The translations under genes were made by a program, and so were the position numbers. From an uncultured Planctomycetota bacterium (GTDB lineage Bacteria > Planctomycetota > Planctomycetia > Gemmatales > Gemmataceae), in contig CAWKHF010000009.1 of assembly GCA_963849325.1 (NCBI GenBank), positions 128,001 to 192,000 on the forward strand: a stretch of DNA of 64,000 bases. The letters run 5' to 3'. How positions within the stretch are numbered: position 1 is the stretch's first letter; every line of letters starts with the position of its first letter. The notes under the pieces were generated by a model. The model was not told where the DNA came from. It saw only the letters and a program-made list of their open reading frames with translations, and ran no database searches. Of this stretch, positions 1-9,677 are shown piece after piece.

Positions 1-1726
1 CCGGCCGGCCCTGCGCGATGATGCGTCCGCCCTCCAGGACGATGAGCCAGTCGGCCTTGCGGACGGAGGCGGTCTTGTGCGAGACGACGAGGCGAGTTCG
101 TCCCGGCAGCAGGTCGTCGAGGGCGGCGCGGACGCGGGCCTCGGTCTCGGCATCGAGGGCGCTGGTGCAGTCGTCCAGCAACAAGACGGACGGTTTGGCG
201 AGCAGCGCCCGAGCCAGGGCCAGCCGCTGCCGTTGGCCGCCGGACAGGCTGTAGCCGCGCTCTCCGACCGGCGCTTCCAGTCCGCGCGGCAGTGATTGGA
301 CCAACTCTTCCAGCTCCATCGCTTCCAGGACGCGGCGAATGTCGGCGGCGGACGCCGAGGGGGCGGCGTACAGCAAGTTCGAGCGCAGCGTACCCTCGAA
401 CAGCACGGCCTGCTGCGGCACCAGGACCACCGCTTGTCGCAGATCGCTCTGTCGCAGGCGCCGCACGTCGCGGCCATCGAGCACGATTCGGCCGGCGTCC
501 ACGTCGTACAGCCGCGGCGCCAGCAGCAGCAGCGTGCTCTTGCCGGAACCGCTGGGACCGAGGACGCCGACGGTCATGCCCGGCTCGACGATCAGGTTGA
601 TCCTCTGCAGCACGGGCGGCCCGGCCGGCAGATAGCGAAAGGTGACGTTGTCGAAGACGAGCCGGCCGCGCGGGGCGTGGACCGGTTGGGCGTCGGGCGA
701 GTCCACCAGCGCCTCCGGCGCTTCGAGCACCTCTATCATGCGATCGAGAGCGACGCGCGTGGCGGCGGCCCCGCCCTGGAACTGGACCAGGCGAACAATC
801 GGGTTGTAGAGCTGAGCGCTCAGGGCACAGAAGGCCAGCAAGTCGCCGACCGAAAGGCGGCCGGCGCGGAGGAGGAGGACGCCAGCCAGCAGGATCGCCA
901 CCGTGCCGCCGCCACTGAGCAGCGCCGCCAGCGCCGACTGCCAGGCGCCGGCCCACAGGCCGGCCCGGCTCAGTTCGCGGTGAGTATCGATGCGCTCGTC
1001 CAGAGAGCGCACCTCCGCCTCCTCCCGAGCGAACGAGCGCACCACGCGCACGGCCGAGATGCGTTCGCTGAGCAGAGCATAGACGGCCCCAATCTGGTGG
1101 CGCAGGCGTTCGGACAAGACGCGGAAGCGGGCGGCGAACAGTTGGTGGTTGACGGCGTACAGTGGCACGACCACGAAGCAAACCAGGGCCAGCTGCCAGC
1201 GCAGCCACAGCAACGCCCCCGCAATGCCGGCGGCGAGCACGAGATCCGAGGCCAATTGCAGCGATCCGCTGCCGAGGAAGATCATCAGCGAGCCGACGTC
1301 GCTGGTGATCCGCGCCATCAGCTGGCCGGTCTGCTCGCGGTCGAAGTAGGCCAACGGCAAACGCTGAAACTTGCGATGCAGGGCGTCGGTCAGCTCGCGC
1401 ACCACCTCCAGGCTGACGCGGTTCATGACGGCGTGGCCGCGCCAGACCAGGGCCATCCGCGCCAGGTGGCAACCGAGGGCGGCGCCCAGCGCCAGCAGGA
1501 CCACCCTCGTCGCGGACGAGGGGTCGGCCGTCCCGCCGTGCTCCATGAGGTAGTCGAGCGTCCAGCCTTGCAGCAGCGATACCGGCAGCAGAAGCAGCGA
1601 GCCGAGGAACATTCCGGCCAGGGCGAACAGGATGGCGCGGCGGTGGGGGCGCAAGAACTCCGCGTCCAGGCGCCGTAGCCGGGCGACGAGGCTCGACGGA
1701 GGGATCGACAGCGATTCCCTCGACAT
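1..1726 (-). CDS. ABC exporter half-transporter (TMD+NBD), runs off the window start; degenerate Walker B
   Basis: Not in the ORF track; read manually on the minus strand from ATG 1726 (MSRESLSIPP..., GGGGAG RBS). Walker A GPSGSGKST, signature LSGGQRQR, Walker B VLLLDDCTS, VSHK switch, hydrophobic N-terminal half. Confidence 0.9.
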   Translation of the reverse strand, partial: MSRESLSIPPSSLVARLRRLDAEFLRPHRRAILFALAGMFLGSLLLLPVSLLQGWTLDYLMEHGGTADPSSATRVVLLALGAALGCHLARMALVWRGHAVMNRVSLEVVRELTDALHRKFQRLPLAYFDREQTGQLMARITSDVGSLMIFLGSGSLQLASDLVLAAGIAGALLWLRWQLALVCFVVVPLYAVNHQLFAARFRVLSERLRHQIGAVYALLSERISAVRVVRSFAREEAEVRSLDERIDTHRELSRAGLWAGAWQSALAALLSGGGTVAILLAGVLLLRAGRLSVGDLLAFCALSAQLYNPIVRLVQFQGGAAATRVALDRMIEVLEAPEALVDSPDAQPVHAPRGRLVFDNVTFRYLPAGPPVLQRINLIVEPGMTVGVLGPSGSGKSTLLLLAPRLYDVDAGRIVLDGRDVRRLRQSDLRQAVVLVPQQAVLFEGTLRSNLLYAAPSASAADIRRVLEAMELEELVQSLPRGLEAPVGERGYSLSGGQRQRLALARALLAKPSVLLLDDCTSALDAETEARVRAALDDLLPGRTRLVVSHKTASVRKADWLIVLEGGRIIAQGRP

Positions 1727-1740
1727 GAATACGTCTCCCC

Positions 1741-3558
1741 TCAGGCGGAAGCCCTCGTGTACGCCGGCAGGGCGATGGTCGGACGGAAGTGAGGCCGGCG
1801 CGACGGGGCCGACGGCGACAGATCGCGGGCCAGGTCGATGCCGCCGAACTGCCGGACGTACAGCCGGTAATACAGGCCATCCCGCTCCGCCAGCAGCTCA
1901 TCGTGTGTCCCGCACTGGACGACCAGGCCGCCCTCCAGGACGACGAGAAGGTCGGCATCGCGGACAGTGCCCAGGCGATGGGCGACGACGAAGGCGGTGC
2001 GACCGCGGAACAGCTCGACCAGGGCGCTCTGCACTCGGGCCTCGCTCTCAGGGTCCAGCGAACTGGTCGCCTCGTCGAGCACAACCAGGGCCGGGTCTTT
2101 GCAGAAGACGCGGGCGATGGCCACGCGCTGTCGCTCGCCCTGGCTGAGCTTGTAGCCGCCCTCGCCAACGATGGTGGCGTAACCGTCCGGCAGTCGGCCG
2201 ACGAACTCGTGGACGCGAGCGGCGGCGGCCGCCGCCTCGACGCGAGCGGCGTCCGCCTCGGGACAGCCATAGCGAATGTTGTCGGCCAGGCTGGCCTGGA
2301 AGAGGACCGGCTCCTGCGGCACGATGCCGATCTGGCGGCGCAGGTCGGCCAGGGCCAGCCGGCGCAACGGAAGGCCGTCGAGCCGAATTTCGCCCCACGT
2401 CGGATCGTAGAAGCGTTGCAGCAGGTGCAGCAGCGTGCTTTTGCCGCAGCCGGTCGGCCCGACCAGGGCCACCTTCATCCCCGGCTCGACCCGCAGACGC
2501 ACATCCCAGACGACTGGCTGACCGGGGTAATAACCGAAGCCGACCTGATCGAACTCGACGCGGCCGTAGGCCCGTCCCAGGGGAACGGGATCGACCGGTT
2601 CGACCACGTCGGCTTGCTGGTCGAGGATCTCGCGCAGGCGGTCGATGCTGGCGGCGGCCTGCTGGAAGACGGCGGCGAGGTCGGCCAGCCGGCTGAATGG
2701 GCCGAATAGCAGCGCCGCCATCGCCGTCGCCGACAGCACCGTCCCCGGCGTCAGACGTCCGCGAAGGATTTCCAGGGCGCCGGCGGCGAAGACCAGCGAG
2801 GTGCCGATGCCGGCGGCCGTCGTGCTCAGGTTGGAGAACGCCGCGCCCAGCAGGCCGACGCGCAGACGCGGCCGATGCGCCTGGCCGATCTGGGCGGCGA
2901 AGCCGGCCATCTCGTCGCGTTCACGGGCATAGGCTCGGACGACGAGAACGCCGTCGATCTTCTCCTTGAGGCGGGTGAAGATGCCGTCGAGCTGGCCGCG
3001 AACCGCCGTGCTGCCCTCGCGGATCGGCCGCGTGTAGGCGCGGAAGATCCAGACGTAACACGGCAAGACGCCCATCACCACCAGGAACAGCCGAGGGCTT
3101 TGCGCCAACAGCCACGAACCGACGACCACGGCGGCGCCCAGGTCGGTCAGCACGCTTAGCGTTTGCGTAGTGATGAGCGCTTGCACGGCTGACACGTCGT
3201 CCATGAGCCGGGAGATGATGGCGCCGGTCGGAGTGCGGTCGTAGTAGGCCAGGCTCATCCGCTGGAGCCGTGCGTACAGCCGGTGGCGCAGATCGCGGAC
3301 GACGGCCAGGCCGATCTCGCCGGTGACGCCGGTGGCGAGCAGGTTCACGCCCGCCTGCGCCGCGAAGACCGCCAGCAGGGCCGTGGCATAACCGGCGACG
3401 GTCCACGCTCCCGCCGGCACGGCTTCGTCAACCAGCGCTCGAACGAGGGGTGGGACCGGGAAGTTGAGCAAGCAGGCTGAGAACGTGAGCAGGAGGGCCG
3501 CCGCGGCGCGCCTCCGGTGGGGACGCAACAGACCCCCAATGCAATGAATCGTGTTCAC
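1741..3558 (-). CDS. ABC exporter half-transporter (TMD+NBD, MsbA/TM288-like)
   Basis: 605 aa; GPTGCGKST, LSQGERQR, LVVLDEATS, VVAHRL; multiple N-terminal TM segments. Confidence 0.93.
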   Translation of the reverse strand: MNTIHCIGGLLRPHRRRAAAALLLTFSACLLNFPVPPLVRALVDEAVPAGAWTVAGYATALLAVFAAQAGVNLLATGVTGEIGLAVVRDLRHRLYARLQRMSLAYYDRTPTGAIISRLMDDVSAVQALITTQTLSVLTDLGAAVVVGSWLLAQSPRLFLVVMGVLPCYVWIFRAYTRPIREGSTAVRGQLDGIFTRLKEKIDGVLVVRAYARERDEMAGFAAQIGQAHRPRLRVGLLGAAFSNLSTTAAGIGTSLVFAAGALEILRGRLTPGTVLSATAMAALLFGPFSRLADLAAVFQQAAASIDRLREILDQQADVVEPVDPVPLGRAYGRVEFDQVGFGYYPGQPVVWDVRLRVEPGMKVALVGPTGCGKSTLLHLLQRFYDPTWGEIRLDGLPLRRLALADLRRQIGIVPQEPVLFQASLADNIRYGCPEADAARVEAAAAAARVHEFVGRLPDGYATIVGEGGYKLSQGERQRVAIARVFCKDPALVVLDEATSSLDPESEARVQSALVELFRGRTAFVVAHRLGTVRDADLLVVLEGGLVVQCGTHDELLAERDGLYYRLYVRQFGGIDLARDLSPSAPSRRPHFRPTIALPAYTRASA

Positions 3559-3707
3559 GGAATGTTGCTTACGATCACCTTTGACCGGTGTTGACGGCGC
3601 AGCGACACGCCGCCTCGATACCGCTGTTACTCTATCAGCTTCTCGGGGGGAGAAGGCAAGACCGATTTACGACCGTGGATATGATCGGAGATAGTGCAAG
3701 CGATCTT

Positions 3708-3762
3708 TCCGAGCCTGAAGCGTAAGCGAAGAGTATCTCTTCGCTTACGCTTCAGGCTCGGA
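3708..3762. repeat. Palindromic repeat family B (CCGAGCCTGAAGCGTAAGCGAAG...CTTCGCTTACGCTTCAGGCTCGG)
   Basis: Near-perfect hairpin; related copies at 14255, 16461 and a half copy at 20575. Confidence 0.9.
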
Positions 3763-3789
3763 GAGGAGCTCGCTTGGCCGTTCATCCGA

Positions 3790-3804
3790 TGGTATGAAAC
3801 TTGC
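3790..3804 (+). promoter_or_regulatory. sigma54 -24/-12 promoter
   Basis: TGGTAT-gaaac-TTGC, ~80 bp upstream of the SRPBCC gene, same orientation. Confidence 0.75.
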
Positions 3805-3886
3805 CATAAAGACTCCTCTCATGGCCGGCCTCAGCCGTCTGGCGCGAGTGTACCGGCCCCCCATTGCCGTTTGCAAGGAGTTTCCG

Positions 3887-4657
3887 ATGGCAACCACTGC
3901 AACCGCTCCCGCTCGCATGCGCCGTCCACCGTTCGGACAGACCCCCCGGCCGGCGCCCACGGTCAACGTCGGCGATACCGAGCGCCTGCTGTCCTTCGTC
4001 GGCGGCACCGCCCTGGGCCTGTTCGGCCTATCGCGCGGCTCGCTGGGAGGTCTCGCCCTCGCCGCCGCCGGCGGCTCTCTCGTCTATCGCGGGGCGACCG
4101 GCCATTGCTCCCTCTATCAGGCACTCGACATTAGTACCGCCCCGCAACTGGCCCCGTCCACCAGCATCCGCGCCGGGCACGGCGTCAAGATCGAGGAGAG
4201 CGTCATCGTCAACCGCGATCCCGCGACGCTGTACCGCTTTTGGCACAACCTGGAGAACGTCGGCCGCTTCATGTCCCACCTGGAGCGCGTCGAGGAGCGC
4301 GACGGGGGCCACTCGCACTGGGTCGCGCGGGGACCGATGGGGATGAAGTTCCACTGGGAGGCCGAGATCATCAACGAGAAGGAAAACGAGCTGATCGCCT
4401 GGCGCTCGGTGGAAGGCAGTGAGATCGACACCGCCGGCTCCGTGCATTTCCGCGAGCTGCCGCACGACCGAGGTACGGAGGTGCGCGTGGTGCTAAAGTA
4501 CGACGCCCATTCGGCCCAGCTGGGTGCGCCGCTGGCTCGGCTGATGGGCGCGTCGCCGCGCCAGCAGATCCATGAAGACCTGCGGCGGTTCAAGCAAGTC
4601 ATGGAGACCGGCGAGGTCGCCACCACCGAGGGGCAGCCGCGAGGCCAGTGCCACTAA
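3887..4657 (+). CDS. DUF2892/YgaP-like membrane domain + SRPBCC (polyketide cyclase/dehydrase) protein
   Basis: AAGGAG RBS before ATG 3887; NVGDTERLLS...RGATGHCSLY motif; LYRFWHNLEN...FMSHL...SHW...IAWRS SRPBCC pattern. Confidence 0.88.
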   Translation: MATTATAPARMRRPPFGQTPRPAPTVNVGDTERLLSFVGGTALGLFGLSRGSLGGLALAAAGGSLVYRGATGHCSLYQALDISTAPQLAPSTSIRAGHGVKIEESVIVNRDPATLYRFWHNLENVGRFMSHLERVEERDGGHSHWVARGPMGMKFHWEAEIINEKENELIAWRSVEGSEIDTAGSVHFRELPHDRGTEVRVVLKYDAHSAQLGAPLARLMGASPRQQIHEDLRRFKQVMETGEVATTEGQPRGQCH

Positions 4658-4672
4658 CAGGAGGACTGGATC

Positions 4673-5843
4673 ATGAAAGCAGTTTGCTGGTGCGGCACCG
4701 GCTCGATGCACGTCGAGCAGGTCGCCGAGCCGCGCATCCTCAACCCGCGCGACGCCATCGTGCGCATCACGCTGACGGCCATCTGTGGCTCCGACCTGCA
4801 CCTGTACGACGGCTTCATTCCAACGATGGAGAAAGGCGACATCGTCGGTCATGAGTTCATGGGCGAGGTGGTCGAAGTTGGCCATGAGGTCGCCAACCTC
4901 CATCCCGGAGATCGCGTGGTAGTGCCGTTCACGATTTCCTGCGGCCGCTGTTTCTTCTGTCAACGGCAGTTGTATTCGGTCTGCGACAACTCCAATCCCA
5001 ACGCCTGGATTGCCGAGACCCTGTACGGTTACTCCGGCGCCGGCCTGTTCGGTTATTCGCACATGATGGGCGGTTACGCCGGCGGCCAGGCCGAGTTCGC
5101 TCGCGTCCCCTTCGCCGACGTCGGCCCAATCAAGGTGCCGGAAAACCTCAGCGACGAGCAAGTGTTGTTCCTGTCCGACATCTTCCCGACCGCCTACCAG
5201 GCGGCGGAAAATTGTGGCATCCAGGCCGGCGATACCGTCGCCGTCTGGGGTTGCGGGCCGGTCGGCCTGCTCACCATCAAATGCGCTTACCTGCTCGGTG
5301 CCGAGCGCGTCCTCGCCATCGACCGTTTCCCGGAACGGCTGCGCATGGCCCACGACAAGGCCGGCGCCGAAATCCTCAACTACGAACAGACGGACGTGCT
5401 TGAGGCGCTGAAGGAAAGGACCGGCGGTCGCGGACCCGACGCCTGCGTCGATGCCGTCGGTCTGGAAGCGCATGGGACTGGCCTGCTAGGCAAATACGAC
5501 CGCGTTAAGACGCTGCTGATGCTGGAGACCGACCGCGCCTATGTGCTGCGGCAGGCCATCCAGGCTTGCCGCAAGGGCGGCACCGTGTCAATCCCGGGCG
5601 TCTACGGCGGCCTGATCGATAAGCTGCCGTTCGGCTCGGCCTTCGGCAAAGGGCTCGACGATGCGCATGGGACAGACGCACGTTCCGCGTTACATGCCTC
5701 AGCTGCTCGACCTCATCGCCAAGGGCGACTTCGACCCCTCCTTCGTCATCACCCATCGCGGGCGGTTGGAGGACGCGCCACGCCTCTACGAGACGTTCAA
5801 GCACAAGCAGGACGAATGCATCAAGTGTGTGCTTCGGCCGTAA
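4673..5843 (+). CDS. Zn-dependent alcohol/formaldehyde dehydrogenase (YbdR/FDH-like); one frameshift near 5657
   Basis: [30 protein letters not shown]-terminus (MRMGQTHV...CIKCVLRP) continues in another frame after one extra G. Confidence 0.92.
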
Positions 5844-5854
5844 ATCGCACTTCC

Positions 5855-5889
5855 AAACAGCTCCGGGCGCTCGCCCGGAGCTGTTTTTT
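5855..5889 (+). terminator. Rho-independent terminator
   Basis: AAACAGCTCCGGGCG-ct-CGCCCGGAGCTGTTT stem followed by a T run, directly after the dehydrogenase stop. Confidence 0.8.
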
Positions 5890-6031
5890 CTCAGCCTCAT
5901 CAACCTCGTTCCACTCATCTTATCCTTCCTGTTCTCAACCATGCGCAGGGCAGGTGTCATTCCCTCGACGTTTTCGACCTGAGGGCCGCACTGTCAACGC
6001 CATGACAGTAGTTGAAGCACTCCATGCCGAG

Positions 6032-6046
6032 CGGCACATATTTTGC
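6032..6046 (+). promoter_or_regulatory. sigma54 -24/-12 promoter
   Basis: CGGCAC-atatt-TTGC upstream of the TIGR03000 gene. Confidence 0.78.
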
Positions 6047-6119
6047 CCAAATTCTGTAAACGCCCCGAACGGAAGTTGACGTGGTGTTTCCTTGGTACTT
6101 CGCTCAGAGGAGGTAGGCA

Positions 6120-6911
6120 ATGTACAGTATGGTGTTGATGGCAGCCCTGACGACGGGGACCGACATGCCCGACATGGGTCGGAAGGGCAAAAATGGCGGC
6201 TGCTGCGGTTGTTACGGCGGTATGTATTACGGCGGCTGCTACGGCTACGGTGGCTGGGGTGGAGGCTACGGTGGCTGCTACGGTGGTTGGGGCGGAGGTT
6301 ATGGGGGCTGTCATGGTGGTTATGTTGGCTGGGGGGGGTGCATGGGCCGCGGCTACGCCTGGGGCGGCGGCTATGGCGGTTACAGTGGCTACGCCTGGGG
6401 CGGCCTCGCGCCGACGAGCGGATATGCCGTCGCCCCCCTGAATATCGGTCCCACCTTCAACGCCCCGATGTACGCCGGCAACATCCCTTCCGGCCGGCTG
6501 GGAATGAATCAGTCGTTCTACTTCAATCCCGGCACAGCCAATCGAGGATCGGAGGCGACCATCATAGTGCATCTGCCCGCCGACGCCACCCTGAGCATCG
6601 ACGGACAGGCCACGCAGTCGATGGCGGGCACACGCGTGTTTACGTCGCCGCCGCTGGAGGCGGGCAAGACCTACACCTATACGCTCCAGGGTGAAGTACA
6701 CCGCGATGGCCGCTGGGTCAAAACGGAGAAGACCGTCGAGGTCCGCGCTGGACGCACTTCCGAGGTCACGCTGAATTTCGCGGGGACCAATCGGGACAAC
6801 GAACAAGTTGCCCCCGCCGCTCCGGCGCGTGGCTTCGGTGCTCCGGGTACGGCACCATTGACGAACCCTCGCGCTCCACCTGCGCTGCCACAACCGCCGA
6901 CTAACCGCTGA
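6120..6911 (+). CDS. TIGR03000-domain protein (Planctomycetes) with Gly/Tyr/Cys-rich N-terminal region
   Basis: GAGGAGG RBS; MYSMVLMAAL leader; GGCYGG-type repeats; ATIIVHLPADA.L.IDG...R.F.SPPLEAGKTYTY domain. Confidence 0.85.
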   Translation: MYSMVLMAALTTGTDMPDMGRKGKNGGCCGCYGGMYYGGCYGYGGWGGGYGGCYGGWGGGYGGCHGGYVGWGGCMGRGYAWGGGYGGYSGYAWGGLAPTSGYAVAPLNIGPTFNAPMYAGNIPSGRLGMNQSFYFNPGTANRGSEATIIVHLPADATLSIDGQATQSMAGTRVFTSPPLEAGKTYTYTLQGEVHRDGRWVKTEKTVEVRAGRTSEVTLNFAGTNRDNEQVAPAAPARGFGAPGTAPLTNPRAPPALPQPPTNR

Positions 6912-6915
6912 GGTC

Positions 6916-6964
6916 TCAAGCCGCTTGCGGCTTAGCGATGCCCGCTAAGCTGCGAGCGGCTTGA
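6916..6964. repeat. Palindromic repeat family C (GCCGCTTGCGGCTTAGCG...CGCTAAGC..GCGGC) between convergent genes
   Basis: Hairpin; same sequence at 9702-9735 and partially at 10845-10861. Confidence 0.8.
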
Positions 6965-6974
6965 CGTTGGCTCT

Positions 6975-7949
6975 TCACCAGAACAAAACGCGGAACTTCA
7001 CGGCTCCGTACAACCGCCAGTAGACCGAGAGAAACGGGATGAGCACGGAAGTGAAAAGCATTTCCAGAACGTGAGCCGGCGCGTGCGAGGTGCCGCGTAA
7101 ACGCCGGGCGAGGAAGTGCGCAGGAGGACCGTCCACGCCACGAAGGCAGCGAGGCAAGCCATCATCACTCCGCAAGCCGCCGCGACGAGGGCGGCGAAGA
7201 CGGCCAGGATCATGCCATAGTAATCCAGCGGGGGCCAACGCCGGATGTGCTTGCGGTAGAGGGCCGAATGCTTCTTGGACAGCAGAGCGTCAAACAGACT
7301 CTTGCGCTGCATCCGCAAGCTGACGCCCCACGGCGCCGGACGGACAGGGTGTACGACCACGGCGGTAGGCACTTTCCTCAACTTGGCCCCATGCTTCAGC
7401 AATCGAAAATGCAGGTCGCTGTCCTCACGCCAGGCGGACGTGAAGCGCTCGTCGAAGCCGCCCAGCGTTTCGAGAACATCGCGGCGACAGAAACAGTTGG
7501 CGGTGACGAACTCGGCCCCTTCCAGTCCGGCCTCATTGCGTTCGTAGTCCGTCGGCGTCGGCGGCAGGGGCACGACCACTTGCCCGGTAACGGCAGCCAA
7601 CTCGGCATCACGCTCCAGCGCGCCGGCCCCGGCCTCCAGCCAACCGGCGTGGGGGACTGTGTCATCGTCGGTGAAGGCAATCAGAGGAGCATGGGCGGCG
7701 CGCCAGCCCACGTTCCGCGCCGCCGCCGGGCCGTGCGTCTTCGTGACGGGCAGATAACGAACCGCACCCATCCCTTCCGCCGCGAAGTCTTCCACCTGCC
7801 GGCGCGTCGCTTCACTCGCGGCATCGTCGGCGATGAGTACCTCATACTCGTCCGGCGCCATCTCCTGGGCGGCGAGGGCGGCGAGGCAGCGGCCCGAGCA
7901 GGTGCGGACGGCGGAACGTGGGCACGACGACGGAAACGCGCAGCCTCAT
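6975..7949 (-). CDS. Glycosyltransferase family 2 with C-terminal TM segments; frameshifts near 7895 and 7110
   Basis: VSVVVPTFRRP, VLIADD, GPAAARNVGW, IAFTDDD, GGFDERF..AWREDSDL. Confidence 0.88.
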
Positions 7950-9677
7950 GCCGACGGCTTCTCCAGCAAGTACGAGCCGATCACCAGGGCGTCCAAGGGC
8001 GACGTCCAGAAGCACTCCACCGCGTCGCGCGGCGTACATACGATCGGCTCGCCGCGCGTGTTGAACGACGTGTTGACCAGCACCGGCACGCCGGTTCGCG
8101 CCTGGAACGCCTTGAGCAAATCGTAATAGCGCGAGCACTGTTCGCGGTTGATCGTCTGGATGCGCGCCGTTCCGTCCACGTGCCGCACGGCCGGGATGCG
8201 CTTGGCCTTGTCCGGCCTGACTTGATGCACGAACAGCATGAACGGCGAACTTTCTGCGCCGACGAACCAGTTGCCGGCCTCCTCTTCCAGCACGACAGGA
8301 GCGACCGGCCGAAAGTCCTCGCGGTCCTTGATCTCGTTGAGCCGGGCCTGCATGTTCTCGTGGATCGGCGAGGCCAGGATCGACCGCGCCCCCAGCGCCC
8401 TCGGCCCGAACTCCATGCGGCCCTGGAACCAACCGATGATCTTGTCCTTGGCCAGGATGTCGGCGGTCTCCTCCGCGACGTGGTGGAGATGGCGGAAGGG
8501 GACCTTGGTCCAGCGCAGGAACTCCTCGATCTCGGCGTCATTGTAGGCCGGCCCCAGGTAGGCATGGTGCATGACGTGGGAGCGCTCTCGAGACGCCGCG
8601 TTCGAGGCCGTCGATCCACAGGGCGGCGCCCAGGGCGGTGCCGGCGTCGCCGGCGGCCGGCTGCACCCAGATGCGACGAAAGGGACCGTGATCGCGCAGC
8701 CGGGCGTTCATGACGCAGTTGAGCGCCACGCCGCCGGCCAGGCATAGATCCTCCTCCTTGGACGCCTCGCGCAGCCAGCGGGCCAACTCCAGCACCGTCT
8801 CTTCCAGGACCACCTGAAGCGACGAGGCGATGTCGTAATGTTTCGGCTCGATCTCGCCGCCGCGCAGCCGGGCCGGCCCGAATCGTTCCTCCAGCCGCAG
8901 CGCGCCGATGGTAAATTGCCCCTTCTCGCCGAGCTGCACGATCTCGCGGAAGTCGCGCAGGTAGTTCGGCTTGCCGAACGAGGCCAGGGCCATCACCTTG
9001 TACTCGTCCGAGGAGTGCAAAAAGCCGAGATGGCCGGTGACGGCCTCGTACAGAAGACCGAGCGAGTGCGGCATGTGGACCTGGCCGAGCCACTCCAGGC
9101 TGGTGCCGCGGCCGACGGCGTAGCCGGTGGTCGCCTTCTCGCCTCGGCCGTCCAGCGTGAGGACCGCCGCGTGCGGGAACGGCGAGACGTGAAAGGCACT
9201 GGCCGCGTGCGCCAGATGATGCGGCACGAAATGCCAGCGGAACGGCAGCTGATCCACGCACACGCCGCGGAGCCGCCCTTGCAGATGGTGCGGCACGCCG
9301 TCGCACAGGTGGCCTGGAGCATGGGAGATCGAGGCCAAAAACAGCGGGTCCCACACCGAATCAAAACCCTTCGGCGCCTCCTTGGGGCCGGGCTTCAAGG
9401 GGACCGGCACCGCCTCGCCGCAGTCGCGCGGCAGCAGCAGCTGCGGGTCGAACGAGTAGGCAACGTGGTCCACCTCCGCCAGCGCCAGCCCGGCCTGGCG
9501 CAAACAGAAATCGATAGCGTGGTAGGGCAATTCCCAGGTTGAGAACGGCACGGGGCGCTTGCCGTGCTTGATGTGCGTGAAGCGCTCCTCCTCGGCCGCG
9601 GCCACCACGCGGCCATCGCTGACCAGGCAGGCGGCCGGATCGTGGAAGGCGGCGTTGATCCCCAGTGTGTGCATCAC
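7946..9677 (-). CDS. O-carbamoyltransferase (NodU/CmcH/TobZ family); frameshift near 8580-8600
   Basis: LGINAAFHDPAA, AAAEEERF, HHLAHAASAF, LDGRGE, EYKVMAL, CLAGGVALNC, QPAAGDAG; C-terminal GRMEFGPRALGARS, FRPVAP, VNTSFN. Confidence 0.93.

Noticed and set aside
296-1678. 460-aa plus-strand ORF and similar long antisense ORFs (10822-12606, 48930-50804, 24861-25961)
   Set aside because: They are shadow frames of clear genes on the opposite strand in high-GC DNA and show no domain motifs.
3696-3710. sigma54 box for the ABC exporter pair
   Set aside because: Minus strand GGAAAG-atcgc-TTGC has 11-nt GG-GC spacing, a poor -24 match, and overlaps a repeat end.
6180-6420. RiPP precursor in the Gly/Cys/Tyr-rich tract
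   Set aside because: It is fused to a TIGR03000 domain and no RiPP maturases (YcaO, radical SAM, LanM, peptidase-ABC) are nearby.
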